Below, in pieces: positions 26,301-40,625 of a stretch of 64,000 nucleotides of DNA. How positions within the stretch are numbered: position 1 is the first letter of the stretch; every line of letters begins with the position of its first letter. The stretch lies in NCBI GenBank assembly GCA_012295275.1, contig CM022678.1, positions 20,088,001 through 20,152,000 on the forward strand, in the 5' to 3' direction. The DNA is from Chrysomallon squamiferum. Taxonomy: Eukaryota > Animalia > Mollusca. The translations under genes and the position numbers were made by a program. The notes beneath the pieces are model-generated. The model was given only the letters and a program-made list of their open reading frames with translations. It ran no database searches and was not told where the DNA came from.

Positions 26301-29300
26301 GCAGTTGTTGAATGACTAATCACTAAGTCTCAGTTAATGAATCAGTTAAGTTGAGTTATCCTGTCATTCTCATTAGAATCTGTAAATTAGATAAACAGAT
26401 TCAGTGAAGTGGACACAGAAACAGTTCATTATTTATTTTCACAGTAATAACAGATTAAATTCTGTGTTTATTATTCTGTGATTCACATTTATTTTTTTTT
26501 TTTTCAGATGGTGAGTAAACCAAAAGATTCCAAGGATGTCCACGAGTTGACAATCAGCAAGGATGAATTTGAGAAAAAGGAGAAAAACAATGAGTCCATC
26601 TACAGTGGTTACATCCGAAACAGAAAGGTGAGTGAACTGTGTTATTCATCTTCAGTATACTGAAATGACTTGACCCAGTGTCAGGCTGGATGACAGGCTG
26701 CAAGTCATACACAGTGTCTCAGAGATTTGTATGTTTTCCACTCATTTCCTTAAGTCTTTCTGGCTGAAAATAAACACTTAAAATGGTTTCCGTCTGAAAT
26801 GAAAAAGAGTGTGTTTAAAAACAACAAAAATGCTATTATGTTATCATCATATTAATGTTTGTGCAATTTTAAAAAAATAAAAAAAATATATATGTATTAC
26901 AAAATGAAAGTTTTTACATAACAATAATTTATTTGTTACTTTATTAAAAATTCAGCAAATAAAGATTAAAGAAATAACCTAGAACAATATATATATATAT
27001 ATATATATATAGATAAATCTGTATCAAGCAGTTTACTGAAGTACAGATATTGACCAAAAAATATAGAAATATTTTGAATCATATCTTGCATTATGTACAG
27101 TGATTACAGGATATAGATAGATATGAAACTTTGTGTATATACACAAATACCCACATATGTACACTGTTGCACACAAACATAGACATACTCAGAGAGAGAC
27201 AGATAGATGGATAGCTAGATAGATAGATTAGAAATATAGATAGACAGATATTTACAAATATAAATTTCAGGCTGGAGACCACTCTCACATTGCCCAGGAA
27301 GATGAAGTGATACGGAAGCTGATTGAAGAGGAGACGAATCGAGACAGTTTCACTGCCGTCATCATTCACAACATGAACCCAGGTCACGTCCCCTACTTGA
27401 AAAACAGACTGGAGGAGTGGTCACGACAGCTGGCGTAGGTCACTTACATTTCATCTGTCAGTGGCTGATGTAGTCCAAGCCTGATGTAGAGAGAGAGAGA
27501 GAAACTTACAAAAAAAGAAGTCAGTGAAAGAGAGAGAAAGAAACACAAAAAAAGAGAGAGTGTGTGTGTTTGTATGTTGTTGAATGGATAAAAAGTTAGA
27601 AAAAGAATGAAAGAAAAATACTGACTATATAATAATAAATAAAATAATTTTTAATTTTTTTAATATTATATAGATTAAACAAAAATCATACTTTCATAAA
27701 AACTAAACATGTAGAGCCATTTTTAATTATAGTAAATTACAGTAAATTAATTATATGTGGAAAAGACATTTCTAGAACTGATTGATCTGTTTGTTTCCTG
27801 TGTTGTTGTTAAATGACCATAATTTTAAATTGTTTTTGACTTCCAGTCACATTTACCACTACTACCTGCATGGGCCAGAAGGAAATGTGAAAAAGGAGAA
27901 AGAAGAAAAGAACCTGGGAGTTTTTAAAAACATCGACATCAAAGTAAATATTTTTCTTTTACATTGGTATGTGTTGATAGTCATAGATAATACATTTTAT
28001 TGTTTTAGTAATTTTTATTTTATTTTAGTGAGAGATAAAACTAATTTTTATTTATAACTTTTATGTATTGTCACTGGAATTCATTTGTCACCAATGGATG
28101 TTGATCTAATTTCAAACTAATTTGATTTATCTGTAATATGGTTATCTGGATCTGTGTTAAAGATAATAATATTAATTATTTTTAACGTTCAGATGTTGAT
28201 TTAACATCATTGATAATAATATTTACTTGTAACAGACAAATATATGATTCAGGATCAAACATAATAATAAAAAAAATTTGTCACTGGCTAAAATTGTTTG
28301 TTTTTGATAATCACTGTTATTTTCAGTTATCTGCTTTTCTGTCAAAGATAATAATAATTTTATTTAAGGATTACAAATAAAATAAATATTTATTTATTTG
28401 TCACAGATGAATGCATGATTAAAATTTTAAAGATAATAATAATAATTTTTATTTTTATTTTATATTTTTCACAGATAAAAGTTTTCACTCGAGGTCAAAC
28501 TCAGCCCAAAGTAATCAGTTTGCGCGACATCGAGGACGACATGCAGACGTTGTTTGTGAGGTCAGCAGCGAGCACGTTTGAGTTCAAGGCCGTTGTGGAG
28601 GGCTACAGCGCTGTGGAGGGCATCATCAGATACCATCCGTTTTTGTACGAGAAGGAGACGTTTCCCTCAGACGCGTTTGATCCAAGAAGTGAGAAGTTAA
28701 ACACGAATTTTTTTACTTGTTTTTGTTACATTTGAAATTACAGTGCATTGTTTACTTATTTACCTGATTGAATAATTTATACCCGCTTTTATTTTATGGA
28801 AAGGAAATGTTTCAATCAGTTTTGATCCAAGAAATAAGACTGATTTTGAAAACTTTTTTTTTTTTACATTTAAAAATACAATATATTATTCGATTGTTAT
28901 ACCACTTATTTACTTGCTTATATGCAAATGAATAGTTTACTCCCACTTTTATATTGAAAAATTAAAAAATGAAATATTTGCACCAGTTAATCTTTTTGTT
29001 GTATGTGACAATGTTGATTAAATTGGTGTTATGTCTGAAGGTGTTAATTAACATGGTGTTGTGTATGAAGATGTTGATTAACATGGTGTTGTGTGTGAAG
29101 ATGTTGATTAACATGGTGTTGTGTATGAAGATGTTGACTAACATGTGTATGAAGATGTTGATTAACATGGTGTTGTATGTGAAGATGTTGACTAACATGT
29201 GTATGAAGATGTTGATTAACATGGTGTTGTGTATGAAGATGATGACTAACATGTGTATGAAGATGTTGATTAACATGTGTATGAAGATGTTGACTAACGT

Positions 29301-32300
29301 GTATGAAGATGTTGATTAACATGGTGTTGTGTATGAAGATGTTGATTAACATGGTGTTGTGTATGAAGATGATGACTAACATGTGTATGAAGATGTTGAT
29401 TAACATGTGTATGAAGATGTTGATTAACATGGTGTTGTGTGTGAAGATGTTGACTAACGTGGTGTGTTTGAAGATGTTGACTAACATGTGTGAAGGTGTT
29501 GATTAACATGGTGTTGTGTATGAAGATGTTGACTAATATGTGTGAAGGTGTTGATTAACATGGTGTTGTGTATGAAGATATTGATTAACGTGTATGAAGA
29601 TGTTGATTAACATGTGTATGAAGATGTTGATTAACATGGTGTTGTGTATGAAGATGTTGACTAACGTGTATGAAGATGTTGATTAACATGGTGTTGTGTA
29701 TGAAGATGTTGACTAACATTGTGTTGTGTATAAAGATGTTGATTAACATGGTGTTGTGTATGAAGATGTTGATTAACATGGTGTTGTGTATGAAGATGTT
29801 GACTAACATGGTGTTGTGTATGAAGATGTTGACTAACATTGTGTTGTGTATGAAGATGTTGATTAACATGGTGTTGTGTATGAAGATGTTGACTAACATT
29901 GTGTTGTGTATGAAGATGTTGATTAACATGGTGTTGTGTATGAAGATGTTGACTAACATGGTGTTGTGTATGAAGATGTTGACTAACATGGTGTTGTGTA
30001 TGAAGATGTTGATTAACAGGGTGTTGTGCATGAAGATGTTGACTAACATTGTGTTGTGTATAAAGATGTTGATTAACATGGTGTTGTGTGTAAAGATGTT
30101 GACTAACATGGTGTTGTTGTGTTTAGTGGATGCTGAACCCGAGGATGATCACGACTACGCCATCAACGATCGTCCAGCAAGAGGACGACGTCCAGTGTTT
30201 GAGTGCTACTGGAATGGACGACTTATTCCATACACACTTATAGAGGAGTAAGTTTAAATTATTCACATTATTTCACTTTTTCACCACATTACAGTAAATA
30301 ACCAAAAAACAAACAAAAAAAACCTAACTATTTTGACCTAAGTTGATATTTAAATGGAAGGTAAGTTTTTGTTCAAAATATTTCAAAGTATTCCCAATTT
30401 TTTGTACATCACACACCATCATCATTAGTTTAACTGACTTTAATTATAATTATACAGGTTAATTTTCTTTGTATCTATGCATTTCTTGACAACCTAAAAT
30501 GCCATAAACAATGATTATTTTTCCTGTTTTCTATTTTGATGAGGACAATTAATTTAAGCGAAATATCTTCTGTCACCCAAGTAACATTAAGTAGATCGTA
30601 AGTTTCCAGCCTCTTTTTCTCATCACTCTTTTGACTTCCTCTCTTCATCTCCAGAATCCCTGTTTCTTTGCAGCTATTCCATATAAATGTAAAGAATTTT
30701 GATACATCAGAAAGCACATTTGGTGAAAGTTAGTACAAGCTACAAATTAATTATTTTTGTTGACCATTTAGAAATCTCCATTGTCTGAAGGAGAGCAGTA
30801 TTTGCCTGCTTTGTGAATCACTGATCAAGTTGAAAGTGCTGGATTTATGACATTATTTTCAATTTTGTTTTTCAGTTTTGAATGGTGCTCTGTTCCAAAG
30901 AAGATCAAAAATATACCTTCAGAATGTTACAACAGGTAAAAACATTGTCACAGATGTCACCATCAGTAGCAACAACACTGTTGTCAATCCTGTCAGCATC
31001 AGCACCACCATAAATATCGTCATCACTAATACCATCAGTCCTGTATCAGTACCATCACAATTCAGTCTCATCAAATCAACCCAGTTTTCAGTCATATTAA
31101 TATAATATATTTCAGTCAAAACTGTTAACAATACCATAAACATTATCATCAATACCATTAATCCAACACTAGCAACATTAGAGCTATCATCATTGACATC
31201 ATCATTACCAGTTTTAGCACCAACACTGTCAACATCCGTACTGACATCAGAATGGTCATTGTCAACACCAACAGCATCATTATAACCTTCAATGTTATTG
31301 CTATCACCATTAATATGATTAGTAACACAACATCATCGTCACAACATTGTCATCATCAGAATCAACACCAGCCCAGACATCATCACTGACACCAGTTACA
31401 TCATCATCATCATCATCATCATCATCATAGACACCTTGTTTGCCAATATTATCAACTCCAACATAGTTATCAGTGAGCCTTACACAGTCAACTGCATCAT
31501 CGCCACCATTATCACCATCACCAACAACATCATCATTAATTTTCTAAACTAATTTTGTACTCTCATTTTGGATACTTTTTTAAACAGAATCAAGTGGAAT
31601 ACTTCATTCTTATAGTGTTCATTTATAAATTATAAAGTGATAAATGATTTTTTTTTAAAGAATTTCTGGAGTTCTTTGGACAGATGACAGCTTTCAAGTC
31701 AGCACAAACAAGTTGACCTTTCTTGACCTTGAGATAAAGCTTCGTGACAAATCCACCACATTCACCCGAGTTATCAGTGGCCATGTGAGTATCGCTCTTT
31801 TCTAAACTTCACAGTAATTGCATTGTTCTGTAATAACACTAACACATTTTACATTATTTTAACAAACCATTCATTCATCCAGTATCATCCCTAATGAATT
31901 CTGTTTGTTTTGTAAAACATTCATAGAATATCATCATTAACGAATTTTTTTATTTCAGGAGAAGAGAACTCTGGTGGAGAGAGATTTCCCACTCTGGCTG
32001 AAGGAATGTCACGAGCAGCACGATAAACAGATCTTCTTCAGTGGGTATCGGGGCATCATCACACGGTCAGATTTACCAAAGCAGAAACAGTTTCCGTGGG
32101 CGACCTTTGACCGAGTGGAGTGGGATGGGAGGGAGTTCAAGAAAGGAATGATGGTAACTGCTTTCACATTTCTTTCCTCTCTACATTTTTGTAAATTCAC
32201 ATAGCTGTCTGTCTGTCTGTTGATCTGAATACAGTATATCTCTTTCTGTGTGTATATTTTCCTGAGTGATAAGATTTAATTATTCAATGAAATACAAACA

Positions 32301-33458
32301 TTAATACTTCAAAATGCTTACAAATATCCACTTGTACAATCTATATAAATTCATAAACATGCAATTGGTATATAAATTAACATATGCATTATTATATGTA
32401 CCTCCATAATGCATGCTTACATACAAATAAATGCCACACCATATCAGAACACTAATAAACAAAGATACACACACATATATATAAAAATAAATTATTAATA
32501 TACTAACATATGATTTTCTAAAAATCATGCCAATACCCTCATCATATTCAGTCTCACAGATCCTTGACCCAAAATAAACGTAGATTTAAAAGTTTTGAGG
32601 TTCATAAAACATTTCTTTCTGCCCTTTAATTTATTATATCATATTGGCAATGCAGACATTTGCAGAATTCTGTAAAATCCTACATAAGTCAAAATGTACG
32701 TTTGTCAGAGTATACTCTGTACACACTGGTGAAAGTCAGACGATTTTAACAAAGAGTGTGTCAGATGGGCCTCATGTAGGACCAAAAGGTCCATCTTTGG
32801 TCAGCTGCATTCCACAGTACACCAAATGAAATTATTATAATAATTATTTCCTCAAAATTGTCTAAAACTTTGGTTAAAGCATCAGACGACATTGTATATG
32901 ATGATTAATGACTGTGATTATGAAGATATCTCACCACTGCCAGTACAGTATCAGTGAGTTACAATTTAATTTTCAAAGAATAAGCCTAAGAATCATTATA
33001 TAATTATTGACATACAAAGCCAGTATCTGTGTGTATGTGTGGGGAAGTGTATATGTTTTATATTTACATTAAAATATTTTATTTTCACAGGTTCGCATTC
33101 AGAGGACGATGCCTATTTTGATGGGGACTGTGAAATCTTTTCTCTTGTATGGAGAATATGATGGAAATGTCTTCTCTACAGGTGGAGATATTGAAATTAT
33201 ACAGGTAAAATAATTCCAGAACTTGATTTTGTAGATGTTCTCATTTCTTTTCTTCTTTGTTAGTTGTTTTGAGCGTTTAAATTTTTCTTCTCATTATTAA
33301 TTGATTTATTGATTGTTACATTTACTTGTTTGTTTGCCTATTTGTGAATAAAAAAGGTTGTTATTATTATTATTATTGATATTATGAAATGATGATGATG
33401 GGCGTATTATACTGTTATAATTTATTACTGCAATATAATTTTATTGTTGTTTCTTTTA

Positions 33459-33491
<33 letters not shown>

Positions 33492-33812
33492 GCAGTAGTA
33501 CTACTAGTAGTAATAGCAGCAGCAGCAGTAGTAGTAGTAGTATTTATATATAAAATATTTTCATTATTATTATCATTAATATTGTCATTGTTACCAATAT
33601 CAGCATCCTCATTGTGAATTACTTCTTATTGTTATTGTTATTGTTATTACAGGAACCCAGATCTCTGTATGATGAAATAAGAATTGTTCCACTGTCAAAA
33701 CTGGACAGATCTACATCTGAACAGACAATAAGAAAATATATTGAAGATGAGGAAGCTAAGTAAGTAGATTTTGTATGATAATTTTATATAACTAACTAAC
33801 TAACTAACTAAC

Positions 33813-33855
<43 letters not shown>

Positions 33856-36800
33856 ATGTTCATTCAACCAGCCTCAGCATATTTTTGTAATAATATTATG
33901 TGTGAAGAATATTTTAAAATTTCAGTTAAAATCTAACGTGGGTAATTTTTATAAATGTATTAGGGAACAAGCCACAGATGAAAAAAACCCAGTGGTTATC
34001 CAGACTTTGTTGAAGCTTGTGAAGTTCAAGCTTCTGAGACCTAAAACAATGTAGACCCACTACTGGTTGAGCCTACTGTTTAATACTGGAAAGCTAAAAT
34101 GTCTGTGATTGGGCAGTATTAACAGCTTTTGTACTTCCAACCAGACCCACCTGGCAATAAAAATGGAGCACCATCAGATGACATAAGTTACGACTAAAAA
34201 AGTAACGAAAATATTGTGAAATAAATAAAAATAATGAAGTAAAAAGTGGCAATACTAGAGAAAAAACCTATTTTGTTACAAGTAAAAGCAGTTAGTCAGA
34301 ATTTTACTTCTTTACTTCCAGAAAAAAAACTATTGCAAATAGAGTAATGACACACCCAGTTGTAATGTCTGTGATTGTTTTCAATGTTTGTTTGTTTTGT
34401 TGTTTGACAGACTTCCTGATAGACTGGTACTCACCTGGCCCAGTGGAATGGCTCTGACCAGCAATGAAAAAAGACCAGCAGGAAAAGCTATTGGTAAATC
34501 TAATCTTTTAAATTTGTTATTTACATTTGTGTCATCATTAACTGAAAAATATGGAGATTCTTTAATATTTGTACTGGTTATTAATAAATTTTAATTCCAG
34601 TAAATGTTTCTTTTGATTGGAAATTTTTTAATATCTGTACATATTATTAATGGATTTCAGTTACTGATTTGAATTATCATTATGATCAGTAGAAATTGAT
34701 ACTCAGTTGCCCAGTTATATATTTTATAAGCTCAAGAACCAGTGACTCTGTTCAGAATTACTAATAACTTCTTCTACCCAGTGGTGAATTGATTCATTAA
34801 CATTTTTACATATTCAGTAAGTGTTATTAATACTGGCAAATTAAGTCTTGTATTTACTTAACTCAAGTTTGACTATTACTACTTGAATCTAGTGGCTAAA
34901 TAATTCACTCCAACACTACAGCTAAATGTTTTCAGTGTTTCTGGTTTCCAGTGGTTATGTCTTTATCATTTATATATGTAAGAATTGTTTCTAGTTGCAG
35001 GCAAAACTAAATGAAAGAGTAGACGTCCAAATATGAAACTTAGTGTGTATCAGAAAATTGTCCACTTTTTTATGCCTTCAGCATTTATAGAATGCTTGAA
35101 TTGATTCTACTTGCAGACAAAAGATATAAAACTGTAGATGTCCTAATATGAAACATAATATATCAGTCAGAAAACACACATGTACAGCAGGTACACAAAC
35201 CTGTGTGATTATTTTTAGATACATATTAACTGTGTTTTGTACATTTTTAATGTTGTAGGTGATTTGAAAGTGGAGATTGCTAACAAGAAAGGAGAATTCA
35301 TCAGCAAACTGCCTGGAACAGCTGCAGCCTCGAAAAAACTTCTTGTAGAGTACAAACTGCTCTGGCATTGTGAGTTTTATTTCAGTATAAACACTTCTTG
35401 TAGAGTACAAACTGCTCTGGCATTGTGAGTTTTATTTCAGTATAAAACTTCTTGTAGAGTACAAACTGCTCTGGCATTGTGAGTTTTATTTCAGTATAAA
35501 AACTTCTTGTAGAGTACAAACTGCTCTGGCATTGTGAGTTTTATTTCAGTATAAAAACTTCTTGTAGAGTACAAACTGCTCTGGCATTGTCAGTTTTATT
35601 TCAGTGTAAAAACTTCTTGTAGAGTACAAACTGCTCTGGCAGTGTCAGTTTTATTTCAGTATAAAAACTTCTTGTGTAGTACAAACTGCTCTGGCATTGT
35701 GAGTTTTATTTCAGTATAAACACTTCTTGTGGAGTACAAACTGCTCTGGCATTGTGAGTTTTATTTCAGTATAAAACTTCTTGTGGAGTACAAACTGCTC
35801 TGGCATTGTGAGTTTTATTTCAGTATAAAAACTTGATAGAGATAGGCCTCCATAAATATGTAGAGAGTAGACAGAGAGAGAAAGAAGTGGGATTTGGTTT
35901 TGCATACATTGCTTTGTAATTTACACATAGTCCTCTTTATTATCAACCATGAGGATGAACAAATGAAAAACACCTTTTAGAAAAGCATAGATATGTTGTT
36001 TCTTTTTACTTTTTAAAAATTCTTTTGTTTTTATGATTAGTATTAATGATTTTTTTGTATTTTAATCTTTACAATATTATAGAATGTATTTAATTTTCAT
36101 GTTTTTTATTTATTTATTTATTTTTTTTTTAATTTATTTTCTTATGACAATTCTAAATTTTCTACTTTCATTCTAGGTTTTTTTTAAATTTCATTTGTTT
36201 TTTATTTCCAGTCATTTGATGGTGTTTTCAATTTTAAAATTTTTTTTTTTTTTCCCCAGCACCGACTGGTGATGAAGTCATTGTGTCTCATATTTGTCAG
36301 CATGGAAAAAGTTGGTCTTACTGGTTTAGGAAAATGGGTAAACTTTTATTTAATTTCATTTATTTATTTAAAGTAATATTTACAGAAAACAGTAGAAACA
36401 GAGTTAATTATTGATCAGTTTAGTTAATTAAACAATTGTAACAGATTCAGGTAATCCCTGTCAGCTAAGTCTGATATGATATAGTTTATTTATTCTTAAA
36501 AACAGATGTTTAAAATTGTGATTTTGTTTTTGTTGTTTGTTTTAAGAAAATATAAAAATTGTGATTTTTTTCTTTGAAGGAAATATAAATTATAGATTTC
36601 TGAACTGTTTTAAGAAAAGTTAAAATAGTAATTTAAAAAAATAAAATGTTTTAAGAAAATACAAATGATCTTTTTTATTGTTTTAAAAAAAATGGTGTAA
36701 TTCTTAATTTAAGAAAATATACTTATTGTTTTAACAATAATTAAAATACTGAAATTTATTCTTTTCTTTCTTTAATAATGATATTTTGATTTTAACTAAT

Positions 36801-38457
36801 ATAACAGGTTTTGTTTTAGTATTTTTTATATTTTTCTTATTTGTTTTATTTACAAAATATAAAACAATGGGTTTTGAGTTGTTTGTGTTTTTGTTGTAGA
36901 AAATATAAAAAATCTTGGGCCGCACACACTGCAGCTACAAACGATTCTCAACGAAAGTGGAACAACTGTGTACGCAGGACGAGAGTTACCTTCCCATCGC
37001 ATCCGATTCATTGTTACAGGTAAGTGAAGATTTCTAAAAATCTAGTTTTCTTTTTTACTAGATTCCGATTTATTGTTACAGGTATGAGAAGATTTTAAAA
37101 ATTCTATTTTTCTTTTTCACATTGCATCTCATTTTTGTTCAGGTAAGTGAAGGTTTCTAAAAATCCATTTTTCTTTTTTACTAGGTTTTATTGTACATTA
37201 TAAGTTAATATAACACCTTAGTACACAGTAACAGCTGTAATAACAAAACATGTTAAAAAATATTTTTAAATGATGTCATATTATGTATGTACATATACTC
37301 AGATGGTGATGATAAAAGATTTCTAGTTGTTAATGAAAAAAGAGTAGCCTGTTGTATCACAGCAGCAGATTTTCTTTTTTGTTTATTTTTATCTTTATGG
37401 TCCTGATGAAAAACAAGATACAACTGAACATTGAAAATATGCTGAGTGTGTTATTAAATAAAACACTTTTATTTCTCATATTTCAACTATATGTTAACAA
37501 TCAGTATTATAATAATATTTGTTTACCCTGTAAGCATCATGGGGTGATTGCTTGTTTGACCAAGAAAATGTCAATGAATGATTACAATATATATTAATAT
37601 TCTGCCAAATATAAAAACTCACGATTTAAATAATGAATTTGGTAAAGGATGTCAGTGAAACAAGGATTTTTTATTAAATTAATATCAAAACTCCTGTAAG
37701 TGGTGAGAGCAAAACAGAAAATGTGAGATGCATCCAGGGTTAAAAAGAATTGTATGTGTGTATTTTATATAATTTTTGATCCTACCTTTTTGTTAGATTT
37801 AAGAAATTAGAAGATTATTCTGGTATATTTGTTTTGTGTGTTTGTCTCACAGAGGCTGAGCCAGAGAGGTTTGTTGTTGGTCTGCTGGATGGTCCGTTCA
37901 GAGTTGGAATGCCATTTCAGATTCCTCTAGAGTTTCAGGACAAGTTCAACCACCCAGCCAAACCCTCTTCCAAACTGAAACCCAGTCTAGAAGCCAGGTA
38001 TGTTCAAGTAAATAAATAAATAAATAAATAAAAATTCAAATTTAAATATTTCTAATGCTGTTGACGAAATTGGTATATAAAGGATGCAGATAAAAAAAAA
38101 AAAAAAAATGAAGGAAAATTTTAAATAAAAATAAAATATCAATAAGTTTTTAGGAAATAAAGAGAAAAATAATAATAAGAAAGGGAAATTAATAAAGAAT
38201 GAAAGGAAAAAGTAACAAAATATATTTATATACAAATATTTTGAAAGATATTTAGAAAAAAATGGAGTTTTGATTTTGACAGATAAATGAATTAGATTGT
38301 CACACAGCTATATCATTTATTTTATTGTTCAAAAAGGTTAACTTATTTGATTACATGCTTATTTGGTTTTTTCTCTGTTCATCTGTCAGCCTGTCTGTCC
38401 ATCTGTCCAGCTTTCTAGCTTCTTATCTATCTCTGTATGTCTGTATCTCTCTGCCTG

Positions 38458-38501
<44 letters not shown>

Positions 38502-40582
38502 CCTATCTACCTACCTACCTATATATATATACCTATATATATCTATCTATATATCTATATATCTATATACCTATCTCTCTACCTATCTCTCTACCTACCT
38601 GCCTATGTAACTCTCTGTGTTTCTCTGTTTCTAACTATCTGTCCATCACTGTGTCTGTCTGTCTGTCTGTCTGTCTGTTTTATCTTACTTTATTTATTTT
38701 AGTGGCCTGGATCTCACCTATGACAGTGTGTCTATTAAAGGGAACACGTTGGTTATTAAAGGTGTCATAGCTAAAGGACTTGTTCCAACAAACTCTGGAA
38801 AAGTGAGTTGTATTGTCTACACGTTTTGTCGTAAGGTGTGAATGCTAAACAGCTTTGTGCTGTGACTCTTAAGATTATTGGAAATGGTAATGGATCAAGA
38901 AGATTACCTAAATCTCTTGTTTAGACAAATTCACCAACATTAATTTTTCTTCATAGTCTGCCATTATTATGTATTGCAATTGTTTCTGTTACTGTTATTG
39001 TTATTATTATTGTTATTATTATTATCATTATTTATATTATTATTATTATTACAATTATAATATATTGTTATTATTTTATTTTTTGTTAGTGTTATTGTTA
39101 TTGTTTATTATTATTATTTTTATTATTGATGAAGCTATTGTAATTTTTTTATGATGTTGTTATTATTGCTATTATTTTATTGATAATATTGTTTTTATGC
39201 TGTTTTTTTATATTTACTATTACAGTAATAATTACATACCTTTAACCCTTCTTCTTCCTCTCATTATTTTTAATATTATTATTATTACAGATTACATAAT
39301 ATTCTTAATACATTACCATTTGTTTTGTGTAGAATTTCAGTTTTGCTGTTAGGATACCCGACCTGGAAGAAGAAACACAGACAATGAAAATTAGGTTGTT
39401 ACCAGGTAAATTTTTGAACAGTCACACCTTTACAGAAGACAAAAAATTAAAAAGTCTCTGAATGGCACCATCCAAAGTAGCCACACTGAACAATCACTAA
39501 ACATAAAACCAGTCTGTAGGATTATAATATTCTGGAAGAAAAAATTATCAGTGTTTATAAAAGTGAAAACTCAAAGTTTGTCAGATTTGTGACGATTTGA
39601 TCTTTTTGTTGTGTGTGTTTATTTAATTATTTTCTGTATCAAACTTGAAATCTTTCTGTTAGCCTGAGGTATATATATTTTTTCTTGAATCTCAGAAGGG
39701 ATATATCATAAAGTTTTATTTTTATTTATAGTAATTAATCTTATTTTATGTAGGTTTCTTTTTTTGGGGGGGGGTTTGTTTGGTTTATTTACTGGTTTAT
39801 TTACTGGTTTATTTATTGGTTTATTTGTTGTAATTTTTATTTAATTTATTTATTCATTCATTCATTCATTTATTTACATAGTTTATTTATTTAATTATTC
39901 ATTTTTCATTCATTCATTCAATTATTTATTTATTTACATATTTACATGTCTATTTATTTGTTTATTAATTTCACTTACTTTAGTTATTACTTACATAATT
40001 ACTTCACTTTATTTTATTTATTTATTTACTTTATCTATTTAGTTATTTATCTGTTTATTTATTTATTTATTTAATTATTTTATTTATTTATTTATTTATT
40101 TATTTGCTTTATTTATCTTTATTTATTTATTTATCTATTTATCTATTTATTTATTTATCTATTTATCTATTTATCTATTTATCTATTTATCTATTTATCC
40201 ATTTATTTATTTATCTATTTATCTATTTATTTATTTATTTTCAGGTCCTCCTAACAAGTTGCTTGTGACTCCAGAAGCAGAGATGGAGATAGAGAATGGA
40301 AGTTCAGTCAGCTACAGTGTCAAAGTTCTCGACATCAATGGAAATCTCACAGCAGACGGCAAACAAACTGTCGTGTGTCGGGTAACTCAAATTATTAATT
40401 TTTCTAGTTAAATCTGAGATTAATAATGTTCTTAACCTTTAATCCTTGTTTATTTTTTATTATCTGTCTTTACTATCTCAGTTGGTCTGTTTTTAAATTA
40501 CTCTCTCTAGCTCTTTATCTGTTTTTCTGTCTCATTCTCATTTTCTGTCTCTCTGTCTCATTCTCATTCTGTGACTTTTTGT

Positions 40583-40625
<43 letters not shown>

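Noticed and set aside
28962-30109. His/Asn/Met-rich repeat proteins on both strands
   Set aside because: Consequence of a 30-bp intronic minisatellite; no independent gene structure.
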